The notes below the pieces were generated by a model. The model saw only the letters and a program-made list of their open reading frames with translations. It was not told the DNA's origin and did not search any database. From a bacterium (GTDB lineage Bacteria > UBP7 > UBA6624): DNA of 32,000 nt. Where the stretch lies: assembly GCA_002716355.1 (NCBI GenBank), contig PBAU01000003.1:60001-92000 (forward strand), in the 5' to 3' direction. Position 1 is the stretch's first letter; each line of letters begins with the position of its first letter. This document shows, piece by piece, positions 17,891-26,456 of the stretch. The position numbers and the translations under genes are program-made.

Positions 17891-18678
17891 ATATGAATAA
17901 TTTTAATTTTAGAAAAAAGGTTGTTTCTTTATTGGAGAAAGGTAATAATTTTGCAATTGCAAAATTAATCTTAGTAAATGGACATGCTCCTCAAAAACCT
18001 GGGACAGCTATGATTGTGCACAGCGACAAAAGTATTGATTTCACGATTGGTGGAGGCCCTTTTGAAGCTGAGGTTATATCTGATGCAGTTGATTTAATTA
18101 ATTCAGGCAAGAAAATCATTCAAAAAACTTATAAGTTGAACATTAAAGACTTGGGGATGTATTGTTCTGGTGAGGCTGTCGTGTTGATTGAGGCAGTGCA
18201 GCCTCCCCCAAAATTATTCATATTTGGAGCAGGTCATATTGGGGCAAAGTTAGCAAAAATTGCTTCTGAGTTGGATATTTTTAATATTTTTTTGATTGAT
18301 GACAGAAAAGCTTTTTTAAACAAGCAGGATTTTTGTGATTGGGAAAATGTCAATCTTGTTCATACAGATGCAAAATGGATAAAAGGCATACCTGAAATTG
18401 ATCCTGCTTCATTTTTAGTGATTTTAACTAGATGTCATGCAACTGATAAAATCCTTGTTAAAAATTATGCTGAAGTTAAGCAAGCCTATATTGGAATGCT
18501 TGGGAGCAAAAGTAAAGTAATCAAGATGTGGAAAGAGCTTGAAAATGAAGGTCTGAATCCCCATTCACTTAAAAAGGTCCATGCGCCTATCGGCTTGAAC
18601 CTAGGAGGCAAAAACCCTTCTGAAATTTCAATTTCAATTTTGGCCGAAGTGTTAAAGGTTAAGTCGAATTTATCTTAA
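17884..18678 (+). CDS. xdhC: XdhC/CoxI-family molybdoenzyme maturation (Moco insertion) protein
   Basis: XdhC_CoxI N-domain plus a Rossmann-like C-domain (LFIFGAGHIGAKLAKIA ... LIDDR ... TRCHATD). TTG at 17884 or ATG at 17893 (MNNFNF..) could be the start. Confidence 0.85.
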   Translation: MANMNNFNFRKKVVSLLEKGNNFAIAKLILVNGHAPQKPGTAMIVHSDKSIDFTIGGGPFEAEVISDAVDLINSGKKIIQKTYKLNIKDLGMYCSGEAVVLIEAVQPPPKLFIFGAGHIGAKLAKIASELDIFNIFLIDDRKAFLNKQDFCDWENVNLVHTDAKWIKGIPEIDPASFLVILTRCHATDKILVKNYAEVKQAYIGMLGSKSKVIKMWKELENEGLNPHSLKKVHAPIGLNLGGKNPSEISISILAEVLKVKSNLS

Positions 18679-20331
18679 ATTAAGCAGTCTTTTCTTTTCA
18701 ATCGAGGTAAGTGCAAGTAATATTATTAGCTTTAATGCTGGCAGGCCTATGCCCAAAGGCATCCACCAATTGCTGCTTTCTGTCATCAACTTGTATGTTG
18801 ATCCAGAAAGCAATCCCAAGCCTACAGCTGGAAGGAAGATTGATATCCAGGCTGGATAATTATCTGCAGAATCTAGTTTTTTAGAGAGAGGCAATGCAGG
18901 GTTTAATATTGTGTCAAGCTTTATAGCGAGAAGGCAATCAAGAACAAGGGAAACTATCATTGTTATTGTGTATTTGAATAAAAGAGGCTCGTTAACCCCA
19001 TGGAAGAGCAAATGAACTGTTAGGCCGTAAAGGATAGTTATTGGCCCTAGGTATATTAGCCATGTTAAAAAAAGTGAGCACCTATGTATGAAAAGGGGAT
19101 CTATTGGCAGTGAGAGAAACCTCAGCCCCCCATCACCATGTTTAGCGTACCTAAACTGATGGACAAAGCTTGTTGAGCCTAATATACCAATTGCAGGTAT
19201 CAATGCAGAAAAACCAATCATAAGCCTCCTGCCCCACGTAACTTGATTATCTGGGCTTATTATGTGTGACATTTCTCCAGGCCTATACCATGCAATTAAA
19301 AAAGGTATGGCCAGGAGAACGTACAAAGGGGGTATGTTTTGTTTCAGTCTTTCTTCCCATTGGAGATGCCTGAAGAGTATATGCATAACGGCTCCTCTTT
19401 TCCCAAAGATTTTTGGCCAGAGTCTGGCGATGGAATACCTCTTTATTTTTCTCTTTGCTATCTCTTTGCTTAGTAAGAAATCAAATGATTTGATCGCTGG
19501 AACCAGCAGCACTGCTGATAATGTTATTGCGCCTAATGTTGTCAGTCCATATTGCGAAACGTATGATGGTAAGCCGTTTATGAATTCAAACATTATTGAA
19601 AACCAAAGTGGAGGTAGGTACCATGTAGCTGCACCAGGATCTAAATCCAATCTAAGAGCGAGAGAGTCTGTGTGTCCAGTGCTCGACCATATAACGAATG
19701 CTCCTAAAACAGAAACCATCATCATGCTTGTTATCCAAGATATATGAGGTCTGATTATTTTTAACCTCCATAGGGACGAATAGAAAAGTATAGTAAAAGA
19801 TTGCGTGAATGCTGTAAAAGATATTGAGACCAAGCAGAGCCCAATTATGGATTTTATAATCTCAAAAACAGCTGATCCATTTAAGCCAGAATTTATTATT
19901 GGTTTTATTTGTAAAAAAATAACTGATGGTAAATTAAAAAACACAGACCATATCACACCAAATATAAACAGTACAAAAAGTTTTGCTTTAGCAAAGTCAC
20001 TAGGAGACAAAGGTAAAGCTCTAAGGAGAAGATTTCCCTGATGTGAAAGTATCAAATGTCCCATGTTTAATGCTGTAAACCCTAAAAGCACAAAGAAGAG
20101 AAGAGAGAGAGCGACGAAGTTAGTTGTTATCATTGAGCCATATTGCCAAAGTACCGAAAAAACATAACCTATTGCAGAGAGGGCCAAGAGAGGAATTAGA
20201 AAACCTATCGTTTCTATGGTTTTTGATTGAAGTAGCTTTTCTAACGTTCCTCCAATTTTTATTGACATGCCTCTTCTGAATGATATAAGCTCCATTCTGA
20301 GGAGTGCATTGAATGAAGATCTATCCTTCAA
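18670..20331 (-). CDS. polytopic membrane protein (~12-13 TM), putative permease partner of the upstream ABC ATPase
   Basis: 553 aa and hydrophobic throughout. The TTG start overlaps the ATPase stop (TTGA). Size and context resemble the uncharacterised 'putative ABC exporter' class. I recognise no substrate-specific motif. Confidence 0.6.
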   Translation of the reverse strand: MKDRSSFNALLRMELISFRRGMSIKIGGTLEKLLQSKTIETIGFLIPLLALSAIGYVFSVLWQYGSMITTNFVALSLLFFVLLGFTALNMGHLILSHQGNLLLRALPLSPSDFAKAKLFVLFIFGVIWSVFFNLPSVIFLQIKPIINSGLNGSAVFEIIKSIIGLCLVSISFTAFTQSFTILFYSSLWRLKIIRPHISWITSMMMVSVLGAFVIWSSTGHTDSLALRLDLDPGAATWYLPPLWFSIMFEFINGLPSYVSQYGLTTLGAITLSAVLLVPAIKSFDFLLSKEIAKRKIKRYSIARLWPKIFGKRGAVMHILFRHLQWEERLKQNIPPLYVLLAIPFLIAWYRPGEMSHIISPDNQVTWGRRLMIGFSALIPAIGILGSTSFVHQFRYAKHGDGGLRFLSLPIDPLFIHRCSLFLTWLIYLGPITILYGLTVHLLFHGVNEPLLFKYTITMIVSLVLDCLLAIKLDTILNPALPLSKKLDSADNYPAWISIFLPAVGLGLLSGSTYKLMTESSNWWMPLGIGLPALKLIILLALTSIEKKRLLNLR

Positions 20332-21080
20332 AGCCTTTCTATTATTTCTTGAGAGAGATCAAAATAGCTTTTTTCTTGAGCTTCTTTTCTGAATAATTTT
20401 TCTAACTTCCCAGGGTTTTTTTCAATTTCTTCACGTTCAAGGTTGTGTTTTATTTGGCCGTCGATGAGGATTGTTACTTTATCGCAAACTCTTTCAACAA
20501 CCTCTACTATATGACTTGAGTAAATGATGGTCTTGCCTTGTTTTGAAAAGTCTTGTATAAGGTCACGGAAAACCAACACTGCATTAACATCCATTCCTGA
20601 TAAAGGTTCATCAAGAAGCAAAACTTCTGGATTATGGATAACTGAAGATGATATCATTATCTTTTGCTTCATGCCCCTGGAGAAAGAAGACATTTTTTCA
20701 TGAATTACATGTCCAAGTTGAAAAAGGTCCAATAGGTCGTCGATTCGCTTTTGGGTTTCATCTCTAGACATTTCATGAATCTCTCCAATGACATGAAGGA
20801 ATTCATGTGGTGTTAGGTGTTCATAAATAGTCAGCTCTTCCGGGACAAAGCCTACAAGTTTTCTAGCCTCTATTGGGTTTTTGTATGGGTTTATGCCATG
20901 TATCTTTACCGTTCCAGAGTCCGGCTTTAATAACCCTAAAAGAAGTTTGATCGTAGTTGACTTCCCTGCACCATTTGGACCTAGATAGCCATGTATCATT
21001 CCAGGATTCACCTTAAGGGATATGTCTTTTAGGACATTATTGTCACCATAGGACATTTTTATATTTTTGATCTCTATCAT
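20328..21080 (-). CDS. ABC transporter ATP-binding protein (ABC-2/CcmA-like)
   Basis: Walker A GPNGAGKST, degenerate signature FSRGMKQK, Walker B LLLDEP, H-loop SSHIV. 250 aa. Confidence 0.9.
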   Translation of the reverse strand: MIEIKNIKMSYGDNNVLKDISLKVNPGMIHGYLGPNGAGKSTTIKLLLGLLKPDSGTVKIHGINPYKNPIEARKLVGFVPEELTIYEHLTPHEFLHVIGEIHEMSRDETQKRIDDLLDLFQLGHVIHEKMSSFSRGMKQKIMISSSVIHNPEVLLLDEPLSGMDVNAVLVFRDLIQDFSKQGKTIIYSSHIVEVVERVCDKVTILIDGQIKHNLEREEIEKNPGKLEKLFRKEAQEKSYFDLSQEIIERL

Positions 21081-21095
21081 CGTTACTGATTCTAA

Positions 21096-21320
21096 TTATT
21101 TTATTATGGTTCCAATTCCAAGTCTATACAAAATCGTGACTAACAAAGAAATAATTATCATTGACGATATTGGAATGTATATGCTTATGTTGTTTTTTTT
21201 AATAAAAATGTCTCCAGGCAACTTAAAAAGCTGTAATCCGTTATTTTCCAAAAGGTAAGCAAAAGCCGAAGCGATTAAAAAGAAAACCGCAATAAGCAAG
21301 CTCAAACGAGAAAAGTTCAT
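21096..21320 (-). CDS. DUF2905-family small membrane protein
   Basis: 74 aa with two hydrophobic helices flanking the family's KLPGDIFI motif. ATGA overlap with the rusA stop. Confidence 0.65.
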   Translation of the reverse strand: MNFSRLSLLIAVFFLIASAFAYLLENNGLQLFKLPGDIFIKKNNISIYIPISSMIIISLLVTILYRLGIGTIIK

Positions 21321-21754
21321 GAAATTTCGGGAAGCGCATATATTTCAACTTCTAACCTTGGCGGCTCGCCTTGTGCTGCTATCCTTTTCTTGATAACCAA
21401 TTCGGCAATTTGACCGTCATCATGATAAAGAACTCCATTAAGGCCATCTTTTACTGATTTTGCAATATTGTCTGCGTCAGGCCTTTTTGCATGATGTCTT
21501 TCCGGTCTCGGATTTGTTTTTCTGTACTGGCTTTTCGGACATGGAAAATAAGCTTTAACTTTTAGCCCTATTGCGCCTTCCATTAGTTTTTCAAAGCCTA
21601 TTTTTTCAAGTTCTTTTTTTGCTATGTATGAAATGTCAGCTTTATAAACCCTGCTAGCTTGAGGATCAACTGCAGATACATATTTTCCCCTTCTGTAAAA
21701 TCTCGGTCTACCTTGGGCTACAGGTTTTCCAGGAATTGTAAATCGTATCCTCAT
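21317..21754 (-). CDS. rusA: RusA-family crossover junction endodeoxyribonuclease (Holliday junction resolvase)
   Basis: 145 aa. N-terminal IPGKPVAQGRPRF and catalytic-acid region RPDADNIAKSVKDGLNGVLYHDDGQI, as in Bacillus YqaN-type RusA. ATGA overlap with the yebC stop. Confidence 0.85.
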   Translation of the reverse strand: MRIRFTIPGKPVAQGRPRFYRRGKYVSAVDPQASRVYKADISYIAKKELEKIGFEKLMEGAIGLKVKAYFPCPKSQYRKTNPRPERHHAKRPDADNIAKSVKDGLNGVLYHDDGQIAELVIKKRIAAQGEPPRLEVEIYALPEIS

Positions 21755-22491
21755 AGCGTTAAAACTTCTTCATCAATGTCTAAATTTGTCCATACACAAT
21801 TCACATCATCAAGATCTTCAAGCTGTTCTAGAAGTTCAATAATTGAATTTTGTTTTTCTCTGTTTGCAATTAGGTTTTCTGGATCAAAGATTATTCTTGT
21901 TGTTGTCTCGCTGCCAGTTTGTTTTTTTAGAGCTTCGTTAGCTTCGGATGTTAGGCTTAATGGGACGGTGACAATAGTTTCATCTTGAAAATTTTCAACT
22001 TTTAAATAATCTTCAATTCCTGAATCTATAAGCATCTCAAGGATTTTTTCTTCATTTATTTTTTTAAAAATTTTAATCATTCCGCATTTTTTGAAAAGGT
22101 ATGAAACTGCTCCTGAGCTTGCAAGGCTTCCACCTTTTTTGTTCAGGACTGTCCTGACTTCAGCAGCAGCTCTGTTCTTATTATCTGTCATTATTTCTAT
22201 AAGTATTCCAACACCGCCTGGAGCATAAGCCTCATAAAGAGCTTTTTCAAAAGAGTTTGCTTCAGAGCTTAATGCTGCTTTTATTGAGGATTTTATTTTT
22301 TCTTTTGGGAAATTTATTTCTTTTGCTCTTTCTATTGCTGACCGCAGTGAGAAGTTGAAATTCGGATCTGAGCCACCCTCTTTGACGGCAACCATTATTT
22401 CTCTAGAAACTTTGGCAAAAGCCTTCCCCCTTTTGGCATCAACTGCTGCTTTTCTATGCTGTATGTTCGCCCATTTGCTGTGTCCAGCCAT
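21751..22491 (-). CDS. yebC: YebC/PmpR-family DNA-binding regulator
   Basis: Highly conserved N-terminus MAGHSKWANIQHRKAAVDAKRGK. 246 aa. Confidence 0.95.
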   Translation of the reverse strand: MAGHSKWANIQHRKAAVDAKRGKAFAKVSREIMVAVKEGGSDPNFNFSLRSAIERAKEINFPKEKIKSSIKAALSSEANSFEKALYEAYAPGGVGILIEIMTDNKNRAAAEVRTVLNKKGGSLASSGAVSYLFKKCGMIKIFKKINEEKILEMLIDSGIEDYLKVENFQDETIVTVPLSLTSEANEALKKQTGSETTTRIIFDPENLIANREKQNSIIELLEQLEDLDDVNCVWTNLDIDEEVLTL

Positions 22492-22493
22492 AA

Positions 22494-23882
22494 TTAAAAA
22501 TTATGTTGAATTCCTGAAAAAATTGTTTGTTCAGAGTTTTGAATTTTTTCAAGACCGATGACTATGTTTGTTGATTTAGAAACAGGTATACCTAATTTTA
22601 TTTTTAAGTTCATGTCTAGATTTTCTGGCCACCATGCTACCGTTTTAAAATTTATATTTTGATTAAGCGATATTTCAGCAGCTGTTTCACCTCTGAACCT
22701 TCCAGCTCCAAGATTAACTTTTCTTCCTTTCAGTCCAGCAAAAAAATTGGTTTGAGATTCATTCCACCATTCCTGATTAAGGCCAAGGTACCAATCATTT
22801 TTGAAGAATTGAAATTCAAGTTCACTTCCTAGACTTTTTGACTGTGTACTTTCATTGTCTAGATGGAAAATACTTATATTCGATTTTCTTTCAATTTGGT
22901 TTATGCTTGAAAATGTCTCATTTATTGAAGATGTAGCATTGTTAATGTTTTCTGCCATATCTTGAACATCCTCAAGAAAGCTTTCTTTGGAAAGTTCAGA
23001 GGTGATTGTTGCAATGTTATCTAAGACATTGTTAATTTCTTTCTCTATGTTGTTTAGTCTTGAATTCATTGACAAGCCTTCAATTTCATTTTGCAAAGAA
23101 GAAATTGTTTCATTTGCATTTTCAACAATAGATTTTATTTGGTCAGGAAGACCCTCTGTAGCTTGATCCATGTTTGAACTTGTGTTATCAAGATTCGCCA
23201 CAACGCTGTCTGTTTTTTCTGTGATTTCCTTTACGGACTCTCTTAATTCTTTTGTCATCTGGTCTATGTTGCCAATTGTTGAGCTTAGTTTAGGGCCAAT
23301 ATCTTTCATGGTTACATTCATCTCTTCAAGAATTTTATTTACACCTAAAAGGGTTGTTGTTCTTAGCTGCTTTATGACTCCCTCTAATTCTTTTACAGCA
23401 TCATCAAGATTTGGCGTTGCTTCATATATCCCTATAGCTGTTGCTCCATTTTGCAGATATCCGCCAGGTACGTTTTCATTACACCCTGACTCTTCATCAC
23501 CTGTAAGTTCTTTCGGCAGTTCTTTTGCAGCTGTTGGACAGCTGTATATATCCAAAGAAGCATCCCCTAACAGACTTCCTGTATTGATTGTGTAGTAGCT
23601 TCTATTGGAAATTTTAATGCCTTTGTATAAGCCTAAATAAACACGTGCCCCTCCAATTTCAGGATCACTAATTACGTTATTGACTGTTCCGACTCTTACT
23701 CCATTTTGCCTTACATCAGCTCCTCTAACAAGCCCCTTTACATTTCTAAATTTAACATTTACCTCAAGGCCTTTCCTGGATTCGATTGTGTTCCAGCTGA
23801 ACCAGAAGACCAAGCCAACCAGTATTGATATTGTTAAAAATACAAAAAAACCAAGCCTTATTAAGTGTGATTGATTATTCAT
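22494..23882 (-). CDS. MlaD/MCE-family protein with long helical region and beta-rich C-terminal tail
   Basis: 462 aa. TM anchor (aa 8-30), then an MCE domain (VNVKFRNVKGLVRGADVRQNGVRVGTVNNV...TGSLLGD) with a Cys-containing insert. Next comes ~170 aa of heptad-like polar repeats (aa ~158-330), then ~130 aa of alternating-hydrophobic strands ending ..IFSGIQHNF. Confidence 0.85.
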   Translation of the reverse strand: MNNQSHLIRLGFFVFLTISILVGLVFWFSWNTIESRKGLEVNVKFRNVKGLVRGADVRQNGVRVGTVNNVISDPEIGGARVYLGLYKGIKISNRSYYTINTGSLLGDASLDIYSCPTAAKELPKELTGDEESGCNENVPGGYLQNGATAIGIYEATPNLDDAVKELEGVIKQLRTTTLLGVNKILEEMNVTMKDIGPKLSSTIGNIDQMTKELRESVKEITEKTDSVVANLDNTSSNMDQATEGLPDQIKSIVENANETISSLQNEIEGLSMNSRLNNIEKEINNVLDNIATITSELSKESFLEDVQDMAENINNATSSINETFSSINQIERKSNISIFHLDNESTQSKSLGSELEFQFFKNDWYLGLNQEWWNESQTNFFAGLKGRKVNLGAGRFRGETAAEISLNQNINFKTVAWWPENLDMNLKIKLGIPVSKSTNIVIGLEKIQNSEQTIFSGIQHNF

Positions 23883-23909
23883 CTTTCTTAATTATAAAAT
23901 CCTTATTCA

Positions 23910-24677
23910 TCATGTTGGTAACCCCTTTATAAACTTGCTTAATTTATTTAAATTCGAATCTTTGTAATCCGTTTTTTTTGATTTGATAATTTTTTGTATT
24001 CCTTCCTTGTTTGTAGAAGCTGAAACAATTCCATTTTCAATCAGTATGGTTTTTGTGCAGATTTCAGATATGAAATTCATATCATGGCTGACTATTATTG
24101 AAATCTTGGAATCAGATAAAGATGATTTGATTATTTTGATTATGCTTCTTGATCTTTGTGGATCTAGCCCGGTTGTAGGTTCATCGAATAGTATTATCTC
24201 TGGACTTGTCACCAGCGTTCTAGCTAACCCAACCCTTCTTGCTTGCCCTCCAGACAGCTGGCTAACAAATCTTTTTCTAATGTTTCCAATATCATCAAGA
24301 CCAACTGAGCCAAGCATCCTGTCTATTGTGGAGTCCCATTGTTTTCTTGGCACGCCTGTTGCTTCCATTGCAAATTTAAGGTTGCCTTCAACATTCAAAA
24401 AGTCAAAAAGAGCTCCTGCCTGAAAGACCATGCCTATTTTTTCAGAAATGGCTTTTTTCCTTACAATGGTGTTTTTCCATATTGATTCTCCATTTATTTT
24501 TACATCACCTTCATCTGGCCTAAGCAAACCTCCAATTATTCGTAAAAGTGTTGATTTTCCACATCCGCTTTGTCCAAGTATGCCAAGCACTCCATCAGAT
24601 ATTGAATAATTTAATTTGTCAAGTATGCGCTCGTCAATATTGTGTCCAAAAGATATATTTTCAATTTCTATCTTCAT
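23910..24677 (-). CDS. mlaF: ABC transporter ATP-binding protein, MlaF-like
   Basis: Walker A GQSGCGKST, signature LSGGQARRV, Walker B ILFDEPTTGLD, H-loop VSHD. Lies between the MlaE-like and MlaD-like genes. Confidence 0.88.
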   Translation of the reverse strand: MKIEIENISFGHNIDERILDKLNYSISDGVLGILGQSGCGKSTLLRIIGGLLRPDEGDVKINGESIWKNTIVRKKAISEKIGMVFQAGALFDFLNVEGNLKFAMEATGVPRKQWDSTIDRMLGSVGLDDIGNIRKRFVSQLSGGQARRVGLARTLVTSPEIILFDEPTTGLDPQRSRSIIKIIKSSLSDSKISIIVSHDMNFISEICTKTILIENGIVSASTNKEGIQKIIKSKKTDYKDSNLNKLSKFIKGLPT

Positions 24678-24679
24678 AA

Positions 24680-25471
24680 TTAAAAAACAAGTACAGTCAT
24701 AATTAAATTTGCTATGAGTATAAATGTCATAGAACCTACAACTCCTACTTGTATCCTTCTAGAAAGCTCTTCTGAGCTCTGATGAACCGTCCAGCCTTGA
24801 TAAAAACTAACAATGGTGATTATTGCTCCAAATACTATACTTTTATAAATTGAATGATAAAGCTTTTCTATTTCGAAAAGGTCTAATATGGAGAATGTCC
24901 ATGTGCTCCAAGACAAATGAAGCACCCTTTCGGCTGCAAGATATCCAGCAATATTCCCCATTATGCATCCAAGGATGGTTAAGCAAGGTAAAACTGTCAT
25001 GAGTCCAAGCAGTCTTGGAAAAAAAAGAAACTGTATCGGGTCTGTTGAAATGCTCTTAAGCGCTTCTACCTGTTCTGTTATTTTCATAGATCCTATTGAT
25101 GCAGTTATGGCGCTTCCAGTCCTTCCTGCGACCACAAGACCAACAAGTATTGGAACAAGTTGAGTTACAAGCATCTGTGTCACTCCACCACCCATAAACT
25201 CAGCACCTACGCCTGCTCTTCGAACCTCCTCTGCTATTAGGTATGAGGAGGTCACTCCGGCTACTGCGCTGGTTATCGCAACTATTCCGAATGCGTTAAC
25301 CCCAGAGCTGGAGGAAAAGTAAACAAACTCGGAAAAATAATATTTGTATGGAGGATGAAAACCCTCCCATATCGAGGAAACAAAATTACCTATATTCTTA
25401 AAAGCACTTTTACCCAGGTCAGAACTTTGATCCTGTATGCTTTTTCCAATATGTAAGAAGATTTTTTTCAT
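24680..25471 (-). CDS. mlaE: MlaE-family ABC transporter permease
   Basis: 263 aa. The conserved MlaE core LVPILVGLVVAGRTGSAITASIGSMKITEQVEALKS matches the family pattern (..AGR.GSA..AE.G.M...EQ.DAL). Confidence 0.88.
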   Translation of the reverse strand: MKKIFLHIGKSIQDQSSDLGKSAFKNIGNFVSSIWEGFHPPYKYYFSEFVYFSSSSGVNAFGIVAITSAVAGVTSSYLIAEEVRRAGVGAEFMGGGVTQMLVTQLVPILVGLVVAGRTGSAITASIGSMKITEQVEALKSISTDPIQFLFFPRLLGLMTVLPCLTILGCIMGNIAGYLAAERVLHLSWSTWTFSILDLFEIEKLYHSIYKSIVFGAIITIVSFYQGWTVHQSSEELSRRIQVGVVGSMTFILIANLIMTVLVF

Positions 25472-25496
25472 TTATTTAATTCTAGATAAATAATTA

Positions 25497-26426
25497 TCAA
25501 ATATCTCCAGTTGCAACTTGAAAAGACTCACCCATTCCAAATGGAGAAATCAGCTCTTTTAGAGCCATTTTATCTTTATAGGACATATCAGGTTTGACAA
25601 TTTCCTCTAAAAGGGGTAATGAAAAATTAGTTAATGTTTTTATTTTGATGTTTTTAAAATCATTTTTTGAACATTCATCCTCAAAAAAGTTCCACCTTAC
25701 ATCAGTTGTCCAATCTGTTTTACCAGGACTGGAAAACGGTTTCAATTGTTTATGACCCTCAAAGCCTCTAAGCGTGTCTCCATAAGGTTCATAAATACCG
25801 TAATCAATAAAAATGAAACTTGATTTTTTAAATTTATTTTTCAAACCTGAAAGGAATCTTTTTAAATTTGGTTGATATTCTAAGATTTTATCTCCATCTG
25901 GTTTTTTTATATTTTTCAAAAAAGTATTATTTTTTTTTATTTTTTCCCATTGGTTTGTCCATTTTTCATCTTTGAAAACCCAATGCTCTTCATGCCAATC
26001 GCCTTTTGAGAATAGAAACCTTCTTGCAGGAAAGGCATCTAGAATTTCTATTCCAACAATTAGGCAGTTCCTGTAAGCCTTTTTGCTTTCAAGGTGCTTG
26101 TTTGGATTTATCGTTTTGGTATTTTTTGAATCAACCCAGTCTATTATTGTGTAATCTGTATTTTTTTTCAAATTTTGAAACTGTCCCGCAAAGTAACCAT
26201 CACCACCTCCAAATTCAAAAACTTTATCGTGTTTCTTTTTTTCAAATTTTAAAGCAATCATCTTTGCCAAGATATCGCTCAGGTGTATTGGGGTATAGAA
26301 ATCACCAGATCCACCAGGCTCTTTCTCTCTTTTCCTGTAGTAGCCTTTTTCTGGATGGTAAAGTGCAATCTCAAGCCATTTATCTGTTCTGTATTTTTTT
26401 GTATTATCAATCCATTCCATTTTCAT
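25497..26426 (-). CDS. MidA/NDUFAF7-family (DUF185) SAM-dependent methyltransferase
   Basis: ALYHPEKGYY, GDFYTP and EFGGGDGYF motifs. ATG 26426 (MKMEWID..) is preferred over the listed TTG 26477, which would overlap gatC and its promoter. Confidence 0.6.
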   Translation of the reverse strand: MKMEWIDNTKKYRTDKWLEIALYHPEKGYYRKREKEPGGSGDFYTPIHLSDILAKMIALKFEKKKHDKVFEFGGGDGYFAGQFQNLKKNTDYTIIDWVDSKNTKTINPNKHLESKKAYRNCLIVGIEILDAFPARRFLFSKGDWHEEHWVFKDEKWTNQWEKIKKNNTFLKNIKKPDGDKILEYQPNLKRFLSGLKNKFKKSSFIFIDYGIYEPYGDTLRGFEGHKQLKPFSSPGKTDWTTDVRWNFFEDECSKNDFKNIKIKTLTNFSLPLLEEIVKPDMSYKDKMALKELISPFGMGESFQVATGDI

Positions 26427-26428
26427 CT

Positions 26429-26456
26429 TTGATTCTAAAATCCGAATGCTTATAAT
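26429..26456 (+). promoter_or_regulatory. candidate sigma70-type promoter for gatC-pheS-...
   Basis: TTGATT (26429-26434), 16-nt spacer, perfect TATAAT (26451-26456). The ATG at 26464 lies only 7 nt after the -10, which implies a leaderless or near-leaderless mRNA. Confidence 0.45.

Noticed and set aside
19262-19747. 161-aa plus-strand ORF. Other long shadow ORFs lie at 5336-5785, 15581-15940, 17011-17373, 23170-23595, 23983-24423, 26006-26455 and 31240-31605
   Set aside because: All are wholly contained antisense to genes with strong homology signatures (permease, guaA, Mo large subunit, MlaD, MlaF, MidA-like, ferredoxin fusion). None has independent evidence.
21317-21754. rusA as a marker of a prophage or mobile island
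   Set aside because: No integrase, terminase, capsid, repressor or att-like repeats are nearby. The gene is fixed between yebC and DUF2905 by 4-nt overlaps.
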